From contig NMRA01000254.1 of assembly GCA_002633005.1 (NCBI GenBank), positions 561,102 to 595,141 of the forward strand: DNA of 34,040 nt, read 5' to 3'. The notes below the pieces were generated by a model, which worked only from the letters and a program-made list of their open reading frames with translations, did no database searches and was not told where the DNA came from. This stretch comes from Phoronis australis (Eukaryota; Animalia; Phoronida). Of the stretch, positions 1-12,800 are shown piece after piece (position 1 is the stretch's first letter; each line of letters opens with the position of its first letter). The position numbers and the translations under genes were made by a program.

Positions 1-3000
1 TCTCGCGCTAACCTTTGCCTAACTCACGTGATTCAGTTGACATGCTTTGTGGTTATTGCGCACGCGGTGATAAAATTAACGGCAACCAAAAAAGTGAAGT
101 TGTAATTCTTCACCAAAGTCAACTTAATTCTCACAACTAAGCTTCATCAAAGATATGTGTAGAAGTAGAAAGGACCAATGATGAAAGTAAGTGTTTTTTA
201 AAGTTTTAATTGTAGATTGTATTTTTGACGAGGTGAAAACTCGAAATCGGTATCCCAAATCCGGTCACGGCCAGTTTAAAATACACTGAAGTAACGAAAT
301 GAATACAGAAAGCGAAGGGAAGTATTGTAGCCCCTATATGGCCAACCAAGGGGCTACGTGTTGCCTACTAGATGGCCCAGCGTTGGTTTGAATGCGCTAA
401 ATCTCCCCTTACTCCCAGCTCTCTTAATGTTGTTTGTCCATTTTTCACGAAGTTCTTGGTTTGCAGGGAACACATAAAAACTCAGATTTTTATCTCTCGT
501 TGTTTTCGAAGCAGCCAGGAACACAACAAGTGTATCCGCCGTAAGTTTTCTTCGCGCTCATACCGCGTATTATGCTTGATACTATGACCGCTTTCGGAAT
601 CCTGACCACAGCACCCACAATGCACCATATTAACCTAATTTCAATATGGCGTCGCTGCAAATCCGCTATTGGTACGTTCGTAAAGAATAGATTGTCAATA
701 CTTCGGTTGTAGTTGGGTGATTTTGGTGGTTCAAAAACTAAACATGATCAGCTTTGACAAGAAATTCATCAATGCTATTGCCTTGTGTTCAAATATGTTA
801 TAACTTAACTTTTATTTTTAACAGCGTAGTCTAGTCAGGCTAAATAAGATCTTATCGGAGATTAGAGCAATTTTCGAACAAAAGAGAGCTAGCTCTCCAA
901 TAAACGCCGGCGTTGAGGGCAGCCGTGTAAGATACTGGCTACTGTGGTCATCCTCCCAACTTGTTGCTGTGCTACACAATCGAACAAGTCGGACTCAACA
1001 GGAAAACGCAGTCATGTAACCACGTACGTAAATATGACGATTGTTTGCATCCTCTACGTGACAGGGATACTGCTTGTACAAACTACAGTTAAGTCAACTC
1101 CTGTCGTTCCCCGTTGGCTGTAAACACGTAGACCATTGTCATAGCTTTAGTATCCTCAAACGCTAATTTAGCGGAAATAATTGCAACTGACTACAGGTAT
1201 ATGTAAACATGTCGACCATGACACAGCTCGCAAAGCCCGATTCTAGTGAATTTTAACCCACAATATAATAGTCTGACCTCAACAACCAATCATTTCAGGG
1301 ACAGTCATTTGCCTACTGTAGGTTACGAGCACACTCGCAAAACACTCTCCTTCATTCGCATGATTTTGCATGACCTCAAATGTCAAGAAACGTGGTCCTG
1401 GTCTTTGAATATTTTAGAAAATATGCAGGGGTGCGGTATTTTTCAGTTTTCGACTAGTTTAGTTCACCACTTTTCCAAAAATTCACTTGAGAAAAGCAAA
1501 TCCTTTGTTTTCTTTTTTAGTCGCATCAGTCTGATTTCAGTGGTACAGCGACACGATTACCTGTGCTCAAGGCCATGTATACCTGAAGGATAGGAGGGTC
1601 TTTTATTTTCGTCACCACGTCAATACTATTGTAACTGACTGTCCAAGCCACAGTGATGAATGCGTTTACCGAAGATTGTTGAAATTTATGCAGCGTGCCT
1701 ATAATCTTGTCTTTTGGTAGTGTCGTATCGAATGTTTCAAAATGAATCTAGTTACAGACGAGAAACAAACAATGCTTTTTGGCCTGATCATCGTCAGTGC
1801 CTTGGGTTAACGGAACGCATCCCTGATAAGACCTTCTATATTCAAATCATTGTTCACCTCACAAGGACGATTACGTCTCCGAACGTCACTAGCATATAAA
1901 ATCACCAACATCCACATCGTGCAGAATATTCCATATCCAATTTTTAAACTATAGTAGAAAACACAAAAAACAAAAGTGATTTCAAAATCGACTCAACAAA
2001 TTCGAATCACAAACACAGATGTACTGGAATTCAAAGTTTTATTGTGCAATTTAGTAAATTGGACATTGAACAAAAATTGGATTTTCAATTTTTCTATTGC
2101 ACATTGGTAATAGTACAATGAACGATTTGAGTTTTGCATGTTACAAATTGAATAACGGACTGAACCGTGATTCCTATAAAAAGCACAAATTAGCGCCACG
2201 AAAATTAGGTCAGTTAGTGCTCCGTAGAACAGAATAAAACGTCGCGATTACAGACACAACGGCGGTTTATGCAGTTGCTTTGACAGTTAATAGCTGTGAA
2301 CGACGACTTCCAGTAACCGTCGTCAACAATAAACAAAATCAGCAAATTGAACGGTGCGAGTTGTGTGGCTAGGTTACGGAAATCAACACCAAGAACCATA
2401 TTTATTTTATGAAACAGAGAATAAGTCATTAACTGAAATCTGATTTTGTCACACATTAGCAAGGGACAGACCGAATATTGTTTAAAGTATTTTGTTCAGT
2501 ATCCGTTTAAGCAATACAAGTTTGATAGGTAACACAACTGTTAACACTTGATTCAATCCACGACAATGATGATGTTGAAACCGTCTTCATAGTTTTGTAC
2601 TGGTTTAATTATCCGAACGAGTTCTATCTATTAAAGTGATTCCCATTATTCTCAACATAAAATTCAAATCCTGAAACATTTTACTTACTGCTTGTTTATT
2701 TACTGGAATTTTTAGAAATTAGGAACTAAACATTTTCGAATGATTTAGTCGCGAGTTTACACCCTCAACTCAGTCAAAAAATAAAACTGTAATGTGTGAT
2801 CAATATCATGTTGAACACAATTACAGAACGGGCATAGATAGTACTGAGTTACTGTACCTCTAAAGAGTCAATTGCGACGTCCAAACGAGTCCGTTGACCT
2901 TAAAATCAGCTGACCAAATGTCTCAAGTGAATGAGTTGTTTTCGTGTACGATTACAACTTATTGCGTAACCAAGTAGGTCCTAAAATGATCTATTACCTG

Positions 3001-3477
3001 TTTGTAGCTAATGTTAGCGCTTATTGCGTAATCGACCTCGCTTTTATTGACAGAAGTAATGCTCGAAATTCTATGGTCTTTTCAGATATGAACGACGACG
3101 CGCCATCTGCACGTTATGTCCTGCTGAAGACGCGGCTTGCTTCCCAGCCCTACATGTACACAGTGTCCTCCCCCGGGTGCACGCATTCCAAAGCTGCTTC
3201 GTAACTGTTAATAAAGTTTACTTGTGAATGACATTTCTTTTTATTTCATCCAGCATGTTCGCCTATAATTCCTTAAAACCCTCTCACTTCGCCACAAAAT
3301 TTTGAGAAGACAAAATTTTCAACTTTGGCTATCTTTGGAAAATACGTCACACCAGGGAGGTGACCCAATCATTGCTGATTCTGTCCATTATGCTGTGTGC
3401 CCAGAGGAGTAATTTTGTTTTATTTTCGAAGAAATAGTCGGATTTTTTATTAATCCGAAGTAAATATTTGAAGAAGA

Positions 3478-3545
3478 ATGCCGGACAGTTTTGTAGTTCT
3501 TTGCACAAGTTTCCCACTGATCCAAAACTGCGTTGCAAGGGGGAA
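3478..3545 (+). pseudogene. THAP zinc-finger N-terminus remnant in a non-autonomous DNA transposon (Kolobok-like; ends unresolved, possible right end near 4400)
   Basis: ATG-MPDSFVV then, frameshifted, SLHKFPTDPKLRCK, matching the THAP pattern MPxxCxV...SLHxFPxDPxLRxxW. The sequence cagtcaattgcgct-tcaa near 4384-4401 resembles a degenerate TTAA-flanked terminus. Confidence 0.5.
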
Positions 3546-6500
3546 GACTGTGACATCCACGAGTGGAGCGTCGCCGTATTCAGTATTGTATGGACTGCTT
3601 CGAGGACAACAGCCTTCAATCCGAGTATAGTTGCAAATCAAGATAAGTGAACTTTTAGAGAGTATTCCAAACGGTCCATGGCGTTGCTTTGCGGAAGCTA
3701 GTAAGCCTTGGGCTAGTATTGAACCTAACGTTCAAAATGGCGGATAGCATCGACGGACATTGTCGGACAGGATTAGTGCTAGAAGTAGCCAGTAGATTGT
3801 TTTTCTTTTGAATTACGATTTTTAAAACATAAGTGTTTGTAGGTGGATGTGCTGAATAGCTTGATGCTCGTTACTGTCGTTGCAATCCATTGAATTTCAG
3901 GCGTCCTAGTCGATCGCTAGCTTGACTGAATGAACAGGTGGGGTGATGGAACAAACTTTTTTTTCGGTTTTCAAAAATACTTCGATATAATAGGAAAGAC
4001 AATGCATCCCACTCAATAAAAATTAAAAAATTATCAAAATCAGGTTAAGCAGTGTAAACTTATCGCATTTTTGGCGAAATTTGAGTCATTTGTTTAGATC
4101 GGGCCGGCGATCTTGGACTACAGCAGAATAAGTTACGAGATTAAAACCGTGTATAAATTATTTTTACCAGTAATATACAATGAATTTTAGTGAGAAATAT
4201 ATATACCTACTAGTGTGAGCGATTCAACAGTTTTCACTAAATTTCAACGAGGCACAATGTTTACGTTTTTGTGCAAAAAATGTAAGGAATATTCTAATTA
4301 TTGTAGTGCGAACATCTCATTCAGTGGACCATACACTCGGCTTAAAAATAGTTGAAATACTTTTGATATCGTTTTTTCTTTGACAGTCAATTGCGCTTCA
4401 AGGTTTGATCATGTTTCACAACATAATTCATATTTTTTTCTAATTTTTACGTTTAAATCATGCTTTTAATAAATGCGTTGTAACTTGTTGACTTCTTCAT
4501 TCAAGTTATCAAGACAACAAAAGAAAGAAACTTAATTTGAGTAATGCACTATCCTGTTGGATTGTGAAGCTTCCAGCCTCCAATCCTTGTTCCATGCAAC
4601 TTCTTATTTTTTTAAATCACACTTTTCAATTTCTAGGGTAAAGAAACACCCGGTCACCATGGTAATAGTTAGGGATGTCCACTTTCATTTCATGTAAATT
4701 TGTCGTGTTGTTGGATAACGTTTGTAATGCTTAAATGCTATATAGTACTGTGCATTCTAAGTCACTTATTTGGTAAAAGATTAGATCATTTGGCTTACAT
4801 ATCATTTTCACTGTACCGAGATTATTTCCGTTTTGAGTTTTATACAGTAGATGTAACCCTCAACTAAATTGAAAGTCTTCCACTGTAGAAACCAAATAAT
4901 TAAGTCCGACTGAAAGCACCTGATTTCAATTTGAACAGTGGAGTACCAAAATGATTAAATCCATGATAATCGTCCTCTCATTTGCTATTTCATTTCTATG
5001 ACTCAGTGACCAAAGCTTGCCATAATGAACGCCTGAAATATGTTCAGTGGCATCTTCGGGTTATATTTTTGATGACTTGGCTTTATTATTAATTCAATAG
5101 ATAAAAACATGAATTAAAAAATCAAGTTCGGAAGACTTCCATTTCAAGTTTACTTGCAATTCTGTAATTGAGATTGCCACCTCCACTCAAACTTCAATTA
5201 TATATGCGGTTCAATTAAAAGGTGACATCCTTCCTACTCACTGCTGATAAAAAATGAAAACTGTAATATTTTGTATTAGGCTTTATCATCTTTGGCACCC
5301 TGGTCTTTACATTTCATTGACAAAAAACAATTGATTTATGCAAATAAATGGAACTGAGAGGAATTATCATATGAAGCAAGCAAAATTTTGGAGAATTGAC
5401 TGCCTGTAATCAGTGAGCTCATTGCAACAAAACAGATGTCTTCCTGGTCTGACATCACAGACGGTTATATAACTGCATAAGCCTATTTTTAGAATTGACT
5501 CGGCTGAAGTCGGATAAGTTCATAACTTCAGGGCATCTGTGCGGACAGGAACTGCCCTGTGCCATTCTTTGTGTTGAAAAGCAGTTGTTTTGGTGTCAAA
5601 CTATGTCTTTAACAAAACTAATCACTTTGGCTTCCGCCGTTAATGTGTCATGAATCGTGGCGACACCTACCGGGTGTGTGTGCGCCGACGAAGTACGCGA
5701 GGAATCGACTACGATGGCTGATTTTAGTTTGTCAAATTAAAAATTGTGAAATGTCTTTGTTAAAAATATTGAGAACAAAAATATGAGCAGTGTATTGGAA
5801 GATACACATAGCCAAAATATAAAATAAATCAAGAAAGAAAAATGGGCAGCAAAGGTAATACGAATTACGAGAAATACACCATAAGCAAGTAATCAGAGGT
5901 CATCATGTGAAAGTAGGTCAATTGGAGGGAGGGTAGATACAGAATCTGTAGGATTTTCTCCAAGGAAGTTGGGGAAGTAATAAGCATAAGATAGATCTGC
6001 TGAGAAGATGGGGGAGCAAAAATGGGGTGCGCCCTTCAACCAATAGTTTGGGGGTGAACAATACGCAGGTGTTCATATCATTTAATTAACAATTAACTAT
6101 TAAAACTTTTAACACACAAACTTTGTCCTTACAATGATAGAAAATAAATGTGCACTTCGAACTGCCATCAAAACTGCACAAAAAGCGATACATCTGAGCC
6201 ATATATCTCTGTGTCATGTTTCGTTAAACACTGTTAAGCCATTTTTTCAGGAATTTTGGGCAAGCACTATGCTGTGAAGACTCTCCAGAATCGGCTATCA
6301 AGTCCATTTGAAAAATAAATGACAGACAATAAAATGTTGTGGATGCAGAAAAATGCTATATTAGTGTATAGATATTCACATAAGTGAGCTTATACTGCGT
6401 ATACTAAATAACCAGTGCTAGTCAATGATTTGTAAACAGGAGCAACACAATGCATCAACGACATGTACTTCACCTTGGGAACCATTCAGGCAAGGGGACT

Positions 6501-7367
6501 TTTTCAGAAGTTAATATGTGTTATTTTTTAACCATTGGAAGGTGGATTTTCGAGATTGAAGGGTTTTCTAAGCCAATAAAAATGCACGAGCTACTTTTCG
6601 TAACGTGTACGACAATCAATGAATCGATCACATTTGTTGGACTAAACAATGTCGGGAATTCGTTCTCAAAAGTGAGAACAAAGACCGGTTCTTTTTATAA
6701 ATTAGAAGTGGCACAGAATGAAAGTCCTTGGCGTGACAAGGTCAGTCTTGGTGGGTGTCACCTGTTTCAAACAGTGTAATCCCAAAAGACTATTTTAGGA
6801 TGCAATGTGTCTTCCGAGTTGGGGGAAACAAATGCAAGCGATGCCGGTACTTTATAAGTAATTTAGGTTAGTTTCCAAATACGGAAACACATATTCTCAA
6901 GCTCTGGGAATAATGAGGAAAACGCACCGGGTCTAGTGGACGCAGTGGCGTGGTTTGAGGGAGGGCCGGGTCCGTCGCCGTTTCTTCGCTAACGGTGAGA
7001 GGGCAAGGCCAAAACGACCCCAAAAGGCCCTTTCATACTAACGTCGACGCGTCGTTGTTGTGGGGAGAAGTGGTTAACTGCGGTCCTGGATCGAAGTTAA
7101 CAGTGACAGTTATTTTAAGTCTAAAAGACAAAACATGTTTAAGTTACATTGTTGTTCAAGGTTTTTTGTTGATTTCCTTCTTAATCCTGTCTTGTTATTG
7201 CAGGCTCCTCTGATTCAACCTCCCGAAGGACCGTCTGCGAGTGGACAATCAAAGCCTTGTGGTCATCTGAACTTCCCACATCCCAGTCCTATTGCTAGTG
7301 CTGTTACTTGACATGCTGAGGAATACGAGTTTATGAAGTTGATATTTGAGGATGCCAGAAAGCTAAA

Positions 7368-7855
7368 GAAGACACTCGTGCACAAGCTAACTGCCCTTCA
7401 TGGTTTGAAGAGAGAACACGTAGACTTACAGCGTCAACCTTTGGGAGATTTGTGCTTCGTAAGGCTCCAATTACAGACAATTTAGTAAATTCAGTGATGA
7501 ATCCCAAACCATTTCAGACAGCTGTAACCACTTACGGAACGTGCAATGGAAAAGTTGCCAAGAACATGTGAGCCACCTTCATTAGTGCGGATTTATAGTT
7601 AACACCGAATTTCCCTTCATTGGAGTTTCGCCTGATGGAAAAGTATGTGACAATGGAGAGGTGGGGTTGTTATAATTTAAATGTCCATACAGCATACGAG
7701 ATATGAATCTTCAAGAAGCACTATAGTCATTGGTTCCAAGTTCAAGGTCAGTTGTTAGTATCTGTGTCTTCATTCTTTGATTTTGTGGCATACACAAGAA
7801 GAGACTTGCATTTACAAAGGATTCATACCGGCGTCAGTGTCATGTGTTTATTGCC
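7368..7855 (+). pseudogene. Decayed YqaJ/lambda-exonuclease-family ORF, typical accessory gene of ISL2EU (PIF/Harbinger-related) transposons
   Basis: Translated fragments: EDTRAQANCPSWFEERTRRLTASTFGRF...YG; CGFIVNTEFPFIGVSPDGKVCD...GLL*FKCPYS (PD-(D/E)xK motif with the catalytic position now a stop); HWFQVQGQLLV...DFVAYT..DLHLQRI. Contains stops, frameshifts and a deletion. Confidence 0.85.
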
Positions 7856-9447
7856 CAGTGCCGCCAATCTGCACCGACATTCTACTGGTTCCACAGCTCG
7901 AGTTTCTGGATCAGCATGTGTCGGTCCTTTATATGAGCATTCAGCAAAGTTTTTACTGAAATGTGAATTCTGGTCTACTGTCATGGTGAAAATGAAACGT
8001 TTGAGGAAAATCGTAAATTAAACGAAGCTGATTTTATAGTAATTTTTACATCTGTGAAATTTGCCACAATCGTTCTATTGTTTTCCCATCATTTGGACCT
8101 ACTACTTAGACCACGAACACCTCACTTGTTTGAATTGTATTTCACGGGTGAGCTGAAAATCATCTAATTTGACCTGGGAGTAATATACATATTTGATATT
8201 GGTCCTAGAATTTGACTCATATTTTTTCTCAGGTCGAGAAATGGGCACTCATTTTTCAAATTGCTTTAGTGCTGTGATTCCATAGGTATTGAAAATACCA
8301 AGAGTGATGTGATACATTTTAGGTTAAAAAACTTGAGTATTGCTTTGGTTATATTTTCGTAAAATTCACCTTAAAGCCGGTGACTAGCATGCCACCATGT
8401 TGCCAACCACGGCATCAGGCAGTGCCTGACTTGGGATGCATCTAAATATTGTCACAGTGAAATCTGTTGAAACTGTAACATTGAAGAAAGCTCCTTTGCT
8501 GTCAGTGATGGAACATGGTCAGACTAGAGGAACAGGTGTTTACCTGGTTTCATTGAACAACGTGTTGTTTGGCCAAGTTGCTGTCCGCCGAGCTTTTGGG
8601 GGACTATACACTGGTGTGATCTCGTCTGGCAGAGGGTCTGTCGGGGTTTTTATTCGCCGGTACAAGTCGGTTCTCTATATCTGAAGTGCTAAACTCATTT
8701 CAAGTAACAATTTTTACCTCTAAAGATATCTTGCGGTTTCAATTACAGCTGTGTTTTTTGGGGGGTTAATGCTTTCCATGGGCATCTGGCTTTTCACCAC
8801 ATTTGTTTCAGTGATAAAACAAGATACACAGAATTTTCATACTGTATTTAAAGGTGCGATACGCCCTCTTTTGTCATCCAAAGTACTACTAACGTTTGAA
8901 TTTGACCACACATCACAATAAAATTGACCTGAATTTGATTTTTAGTCATATTAAAAGAGACATGACAAGCAACTCGTAAAGTACTGTGTACTGTCATGCA
9001 CAATAATTGTCTGTGCCATTTTTGCTCACGTTCCCAGAGGCCACTTTTAATCCAGGTAAAGAACAATATGAAAAGTATTTTATTGCCGGTAATGGCCTAA
9101 ATTCAAAGCTTGTTCTTTGCAAATACGGTTGTGCTGCTCGCAGATTTAAGTTAGGCCTACCTTCTGATGAACATCACATTTTTGTATTTCCATTGCGTAA
9201 AGGTTGCTCTCGGTTTATTTTAAAAGTAACCAGTTAAGCCGTCAGTCAAAATTCTGGCGATAGGTCAGTTGGAGATTCTCGACCGACTTCATTGGTCGAG
9301 ACACGTCTAAGTCATTAATTTGACGTAGTAACCGGAGATGTTTTTTGTTTCGGATCATTGTGAGGAAAAGGGAGCTCTTTTAAAACGAAATATTTAGGAA
9401 TTACGGAATGAAATACATGTACGAAAAAATATTGTTCCCAAGTAACC

Positions 9448-9453
9448 TTTATT
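9448..9453 (-). promoter_or_regulatory. Candidate AATAAA polyadenylation signal of the kinase gene
   Basis: First minus-strand AATAAA seen downstream of the putative stop, about 420 nt away. A second one lies at 9214-9219. Confidence 0.3.
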
Positions 9454-9874
9454 AATAGCCAATAGATTGTGTATACAGCTGAACAGCAAGTCAGTTTTTG
9501 ACCGATCAATTCAAACTTTAAAATATGTAAATCGACACGACGGACTACTTCATTCCATATGCCTAACCACTCATTTGACAACGTCATGTTGTTTGGTGTC
9601 ACTTGATAGAGTCAGGCGCAAATCGATTATCAGTTGGAGCCCATCTGGTGGTTGGTGCGTCACTGAAAAATTAAACATAATCAGTAAAAACCGTGTGCAG
9701 CGCCCTCCTTGAAAACCACCACCTTAGTTCATGTTTTGTCATGGAGCACCCCTCTATCCTGTCGCACAGTCAATTTCTAACGACACACGGAGGGAAGCTG
9801 TACAAACTTTGGTTTGATTTCTTCCATTTCAATATTTCTGAGCGTTTCGACTATTTACATTGACTCGGCACCTG

Positions 9875-9886
9875 TCATACAACTGC
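9875..9886 (-). CDS. Probable terminal coding exon 5 (AVV-stop), followed by 3' UTR
   Basis: Branch-point-like tactgac, pyrimidine tract and acceptor (tactgactttcaccttgttacag|GCA GTT GTA TGA). Phase 0 matches the exon 4 donor. Confidence 0.55.
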   Translation of the reverse strand, partial: AVV

Positions 9887-12800
9887 CTGTAACAAGGTGA
9901 AAGTCAGTAACTGAAGACGGGCAAAATCGACTTATTAAAAGCAAAAGAAGATGTCGAGTCTCTTGGGAGGTTATATCGTATTCCCACATATTGCTCTACT
10001 TAGTGGTGTAATACGTGAGTGGAATGGAAGTGGCCATCTAGTAAGCCCCGGAGGTTGAAATCAGTGAAGTAAATTCAGAAAAACTTTAAAAACAACTACC
10101 TTTTTAAAGCAAGCAAGTGCCCAAGCCGGATGAAACGAATGCAAAGCTATGACTGTTCTGGTTATTATGGCCCACGCTCCAGAAAGTGAAGTAACTTTTC
10201 CTCTGTATATCAAAGTTCTCTTAAGATACTGGTCCAATTATATGCAATACTGCAGGTTCGAGAACACAAACCTTAAATCGAGATGAGGCTTACTGTCAAT
10301 TGGATGACACGCTTTGATTTAGATTTCACACAATTTGGTTGGTAAATTTTCATGCCCAGTCGCGAGTACTGTTTGATGCTTGCGAACCTGGGCGTTGCTT
10401 AGCACAAGGATTTGTAAACTTACGTCAAATTTTACATCAGCCATCATTCTGCATAACTGAGCATCATTTCCTTTTTCGGCCTGGCGTACGGCGTCCAAAC
10501 GTTTAAGCACCTTGGTTATGTCAGGTCTCTCAGTCGGCACGCGGGAAGCCATGTCATGGGCTAGTTGCTTGATCGCATGATTATCATGACGCTGATCTAT
10601 CCACAAAAGGGAGAATTTAACAGAATAACTTTATAAAATGTTTTAGATAAACACCAGGCCACATTAAGTCCATCGACAAAGCTCGTATACTTAGACAGTG
10701 CTGTGACCACATAGTTTGAAAAACGATAATGTTGGAACATCATTCAGCTGAGATAGATACATCAAGAGTCCGTGAGACCACATTTGCTTGAACACGAGAT
10801 GACTAGATGTAAATGTAGGTCTCCACACACGCGCTTGCACTCCCGCACGCACGTACCGTTCATCCAGAGAAAAGTGACTCCCATGGAGTATATGTCCACT
10901 GTGTTGTTGTATTGCTTTCCAGCCAGTATTTCCGGAGCCATGAAGCAGGGTGTTCCACACATCGTTGACATGTACTTCTCGGAGATGGCAGGGTCTAAGT
11001 CAGCAAGTTTTGCCACCCCAAAGTCAGTTATCTGTAAAACGACTCAAGGGCAGTGATTCAAACTTTCAAATTTATAGTTATGAAAGTAGAGGGTAAATTC
11101 TGAACGAACCATCAGGTTCACCAAGCCAGTTGCTGGCTCCTATAATTCCTGAATGTATATGCATATTGTGACGAAAGGATGAGGTTGATATGCCACATAG
11201 ATGCAAGCCACAGTCCGTCGGTCTCCAGGAACCGTTTGTGCGACGTATTGCGTCGGGCACGCGACGCCTTTTCGACGTGCGGTAGTTTTTAATTGCGATA
11301 GCATGTGCAAACTAGAAAATAACTTTATTCACTTTTCATAAAATGCCAAACAACCGTTCTATCGAAAACTATAACAGTAAAGTTATCCAGGACAATGTTA
11401 ATATGATGACTCCAGCGAGCCCTGTCAAGTCATGTATTACCCAAGAGGCGGTCCACCTCATATAAAAATTTCGATGAGCAATTAAATTGATTGAAGAATA
11501 CCGCTTTGTCGAATCCTAAGCATATTTGTGGATTTCGCTGACTCGCAGTTGCAAATTCTGTATCCAAAATTTCATTATTTTAGCGCTTACTTATGAAAGT
11601 CATTTTTCTAATTACATACGTATATCGGTGTTTCGTAAGAATACTTACATGTACACAGGTGTTTTAAAATATCTGCTATTAAAGTTTTACACCATATGCG
11701 TGAAATGTCGTTCTGGTTGATAGACCAAGTTTATCGCATTAACAACACAAGGTGTGATTTTGATACAGATATGAAAAGACTTACGATCGATTTGAAAGAG
11801 AAGGATTATGTAAATGTGACCTTAATTTCCGGTGAACAAAAGTAACTATAAATAATTCAAGATACTCTTTGCTGGCTACTTTTCCAGGATTGCCAAGGGT
11901 AAAAGTTGACGAGCTTTTGAAGCATTATTCTAGAGATCCGAGTGTTGTGTTAACATTTTAAGATCTCTAAAATTTGGATTGTTCTAAAGAACCCCTCGAC
12001 CGCCACACCCCATGGCCCCTTCGACCCACGACCCCCTCGACCCTCAGGTCACAACCCCCTCGACCCATGACCCACAACCCCGTCGAGCCAGTCTACGTAC
12101 ATGCTCGACTCGATCTGAACCCGGAACAAACGCTGACTTGCAGGAACAATGAGTTGGGCCGTGAGCTCGGTTGGTTTTTTGCCTGTTTTTTGTATTAAGA
12201 GATTCGATTCGGCAAGTTTGAAAGGCAACAACAGAAAAAACAGCGCGACCAAATCAAATCAAAAACTTACCAACGTTACATATGTCGTTCTCGGCAGAGT
12301 GTAAGGGAGTCGTCTGCGCTTCAGTGATTGGCAGATTCGACCTTTTTTTGCTGAGAGTGCGAGTAACAGACAAAACTGAAAATTCATCAGTGAACAGTTT
12401 GAAAAAAAATCGTTTACTGATAAGCATTTCAACTTTATATTGAGTATATTGTAAACGCCATACATTGCACTAATCACTGAGATTACGTTCTCACGCCAAC
12501 GGGGTCAGAGCACACTCGCGTGTAGGTTGGCCTATGTCTTATGGGAAAGTCACTCAGCGACGTAATATGAACTATGTAGAAAGCGCAAGAATACCTCTAT
12601 TGCCACAGGTTGGGAGTCGAGTGGGTCGTGGGTCGAGGGGGTCGGGTTGGAGGGGTTTTAGAACAATCCCTAACATTATCTAGCTTGTTCAGTACTAAGG
12701 ATTATACCATAATGTCTTAAGTTCGGGGTAGTGTACATGTATACGTGTAAATTTGTTTGAGTTGGTTGTGGTTCCAGCCATTTTGGTGAAACTACTCGCC

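Noticed and set aside
372-3204. ORFs of 60-115 aa in the first 3 kb, and similar ORFs at 18100-25200 and 28800-29600
   Set aside because: No recognisable motifs, mostly non-ATG starts and no consistent splice chain. Expected by chance.
10653-10700. Possible hidden kinase exon ALSKYTSFVDGLNVAW
   Set aside because: It needs a weak gtttat donor and an intron of about 56 nt, and it has no resemblance to subdomain X. Not called, but not excluded.
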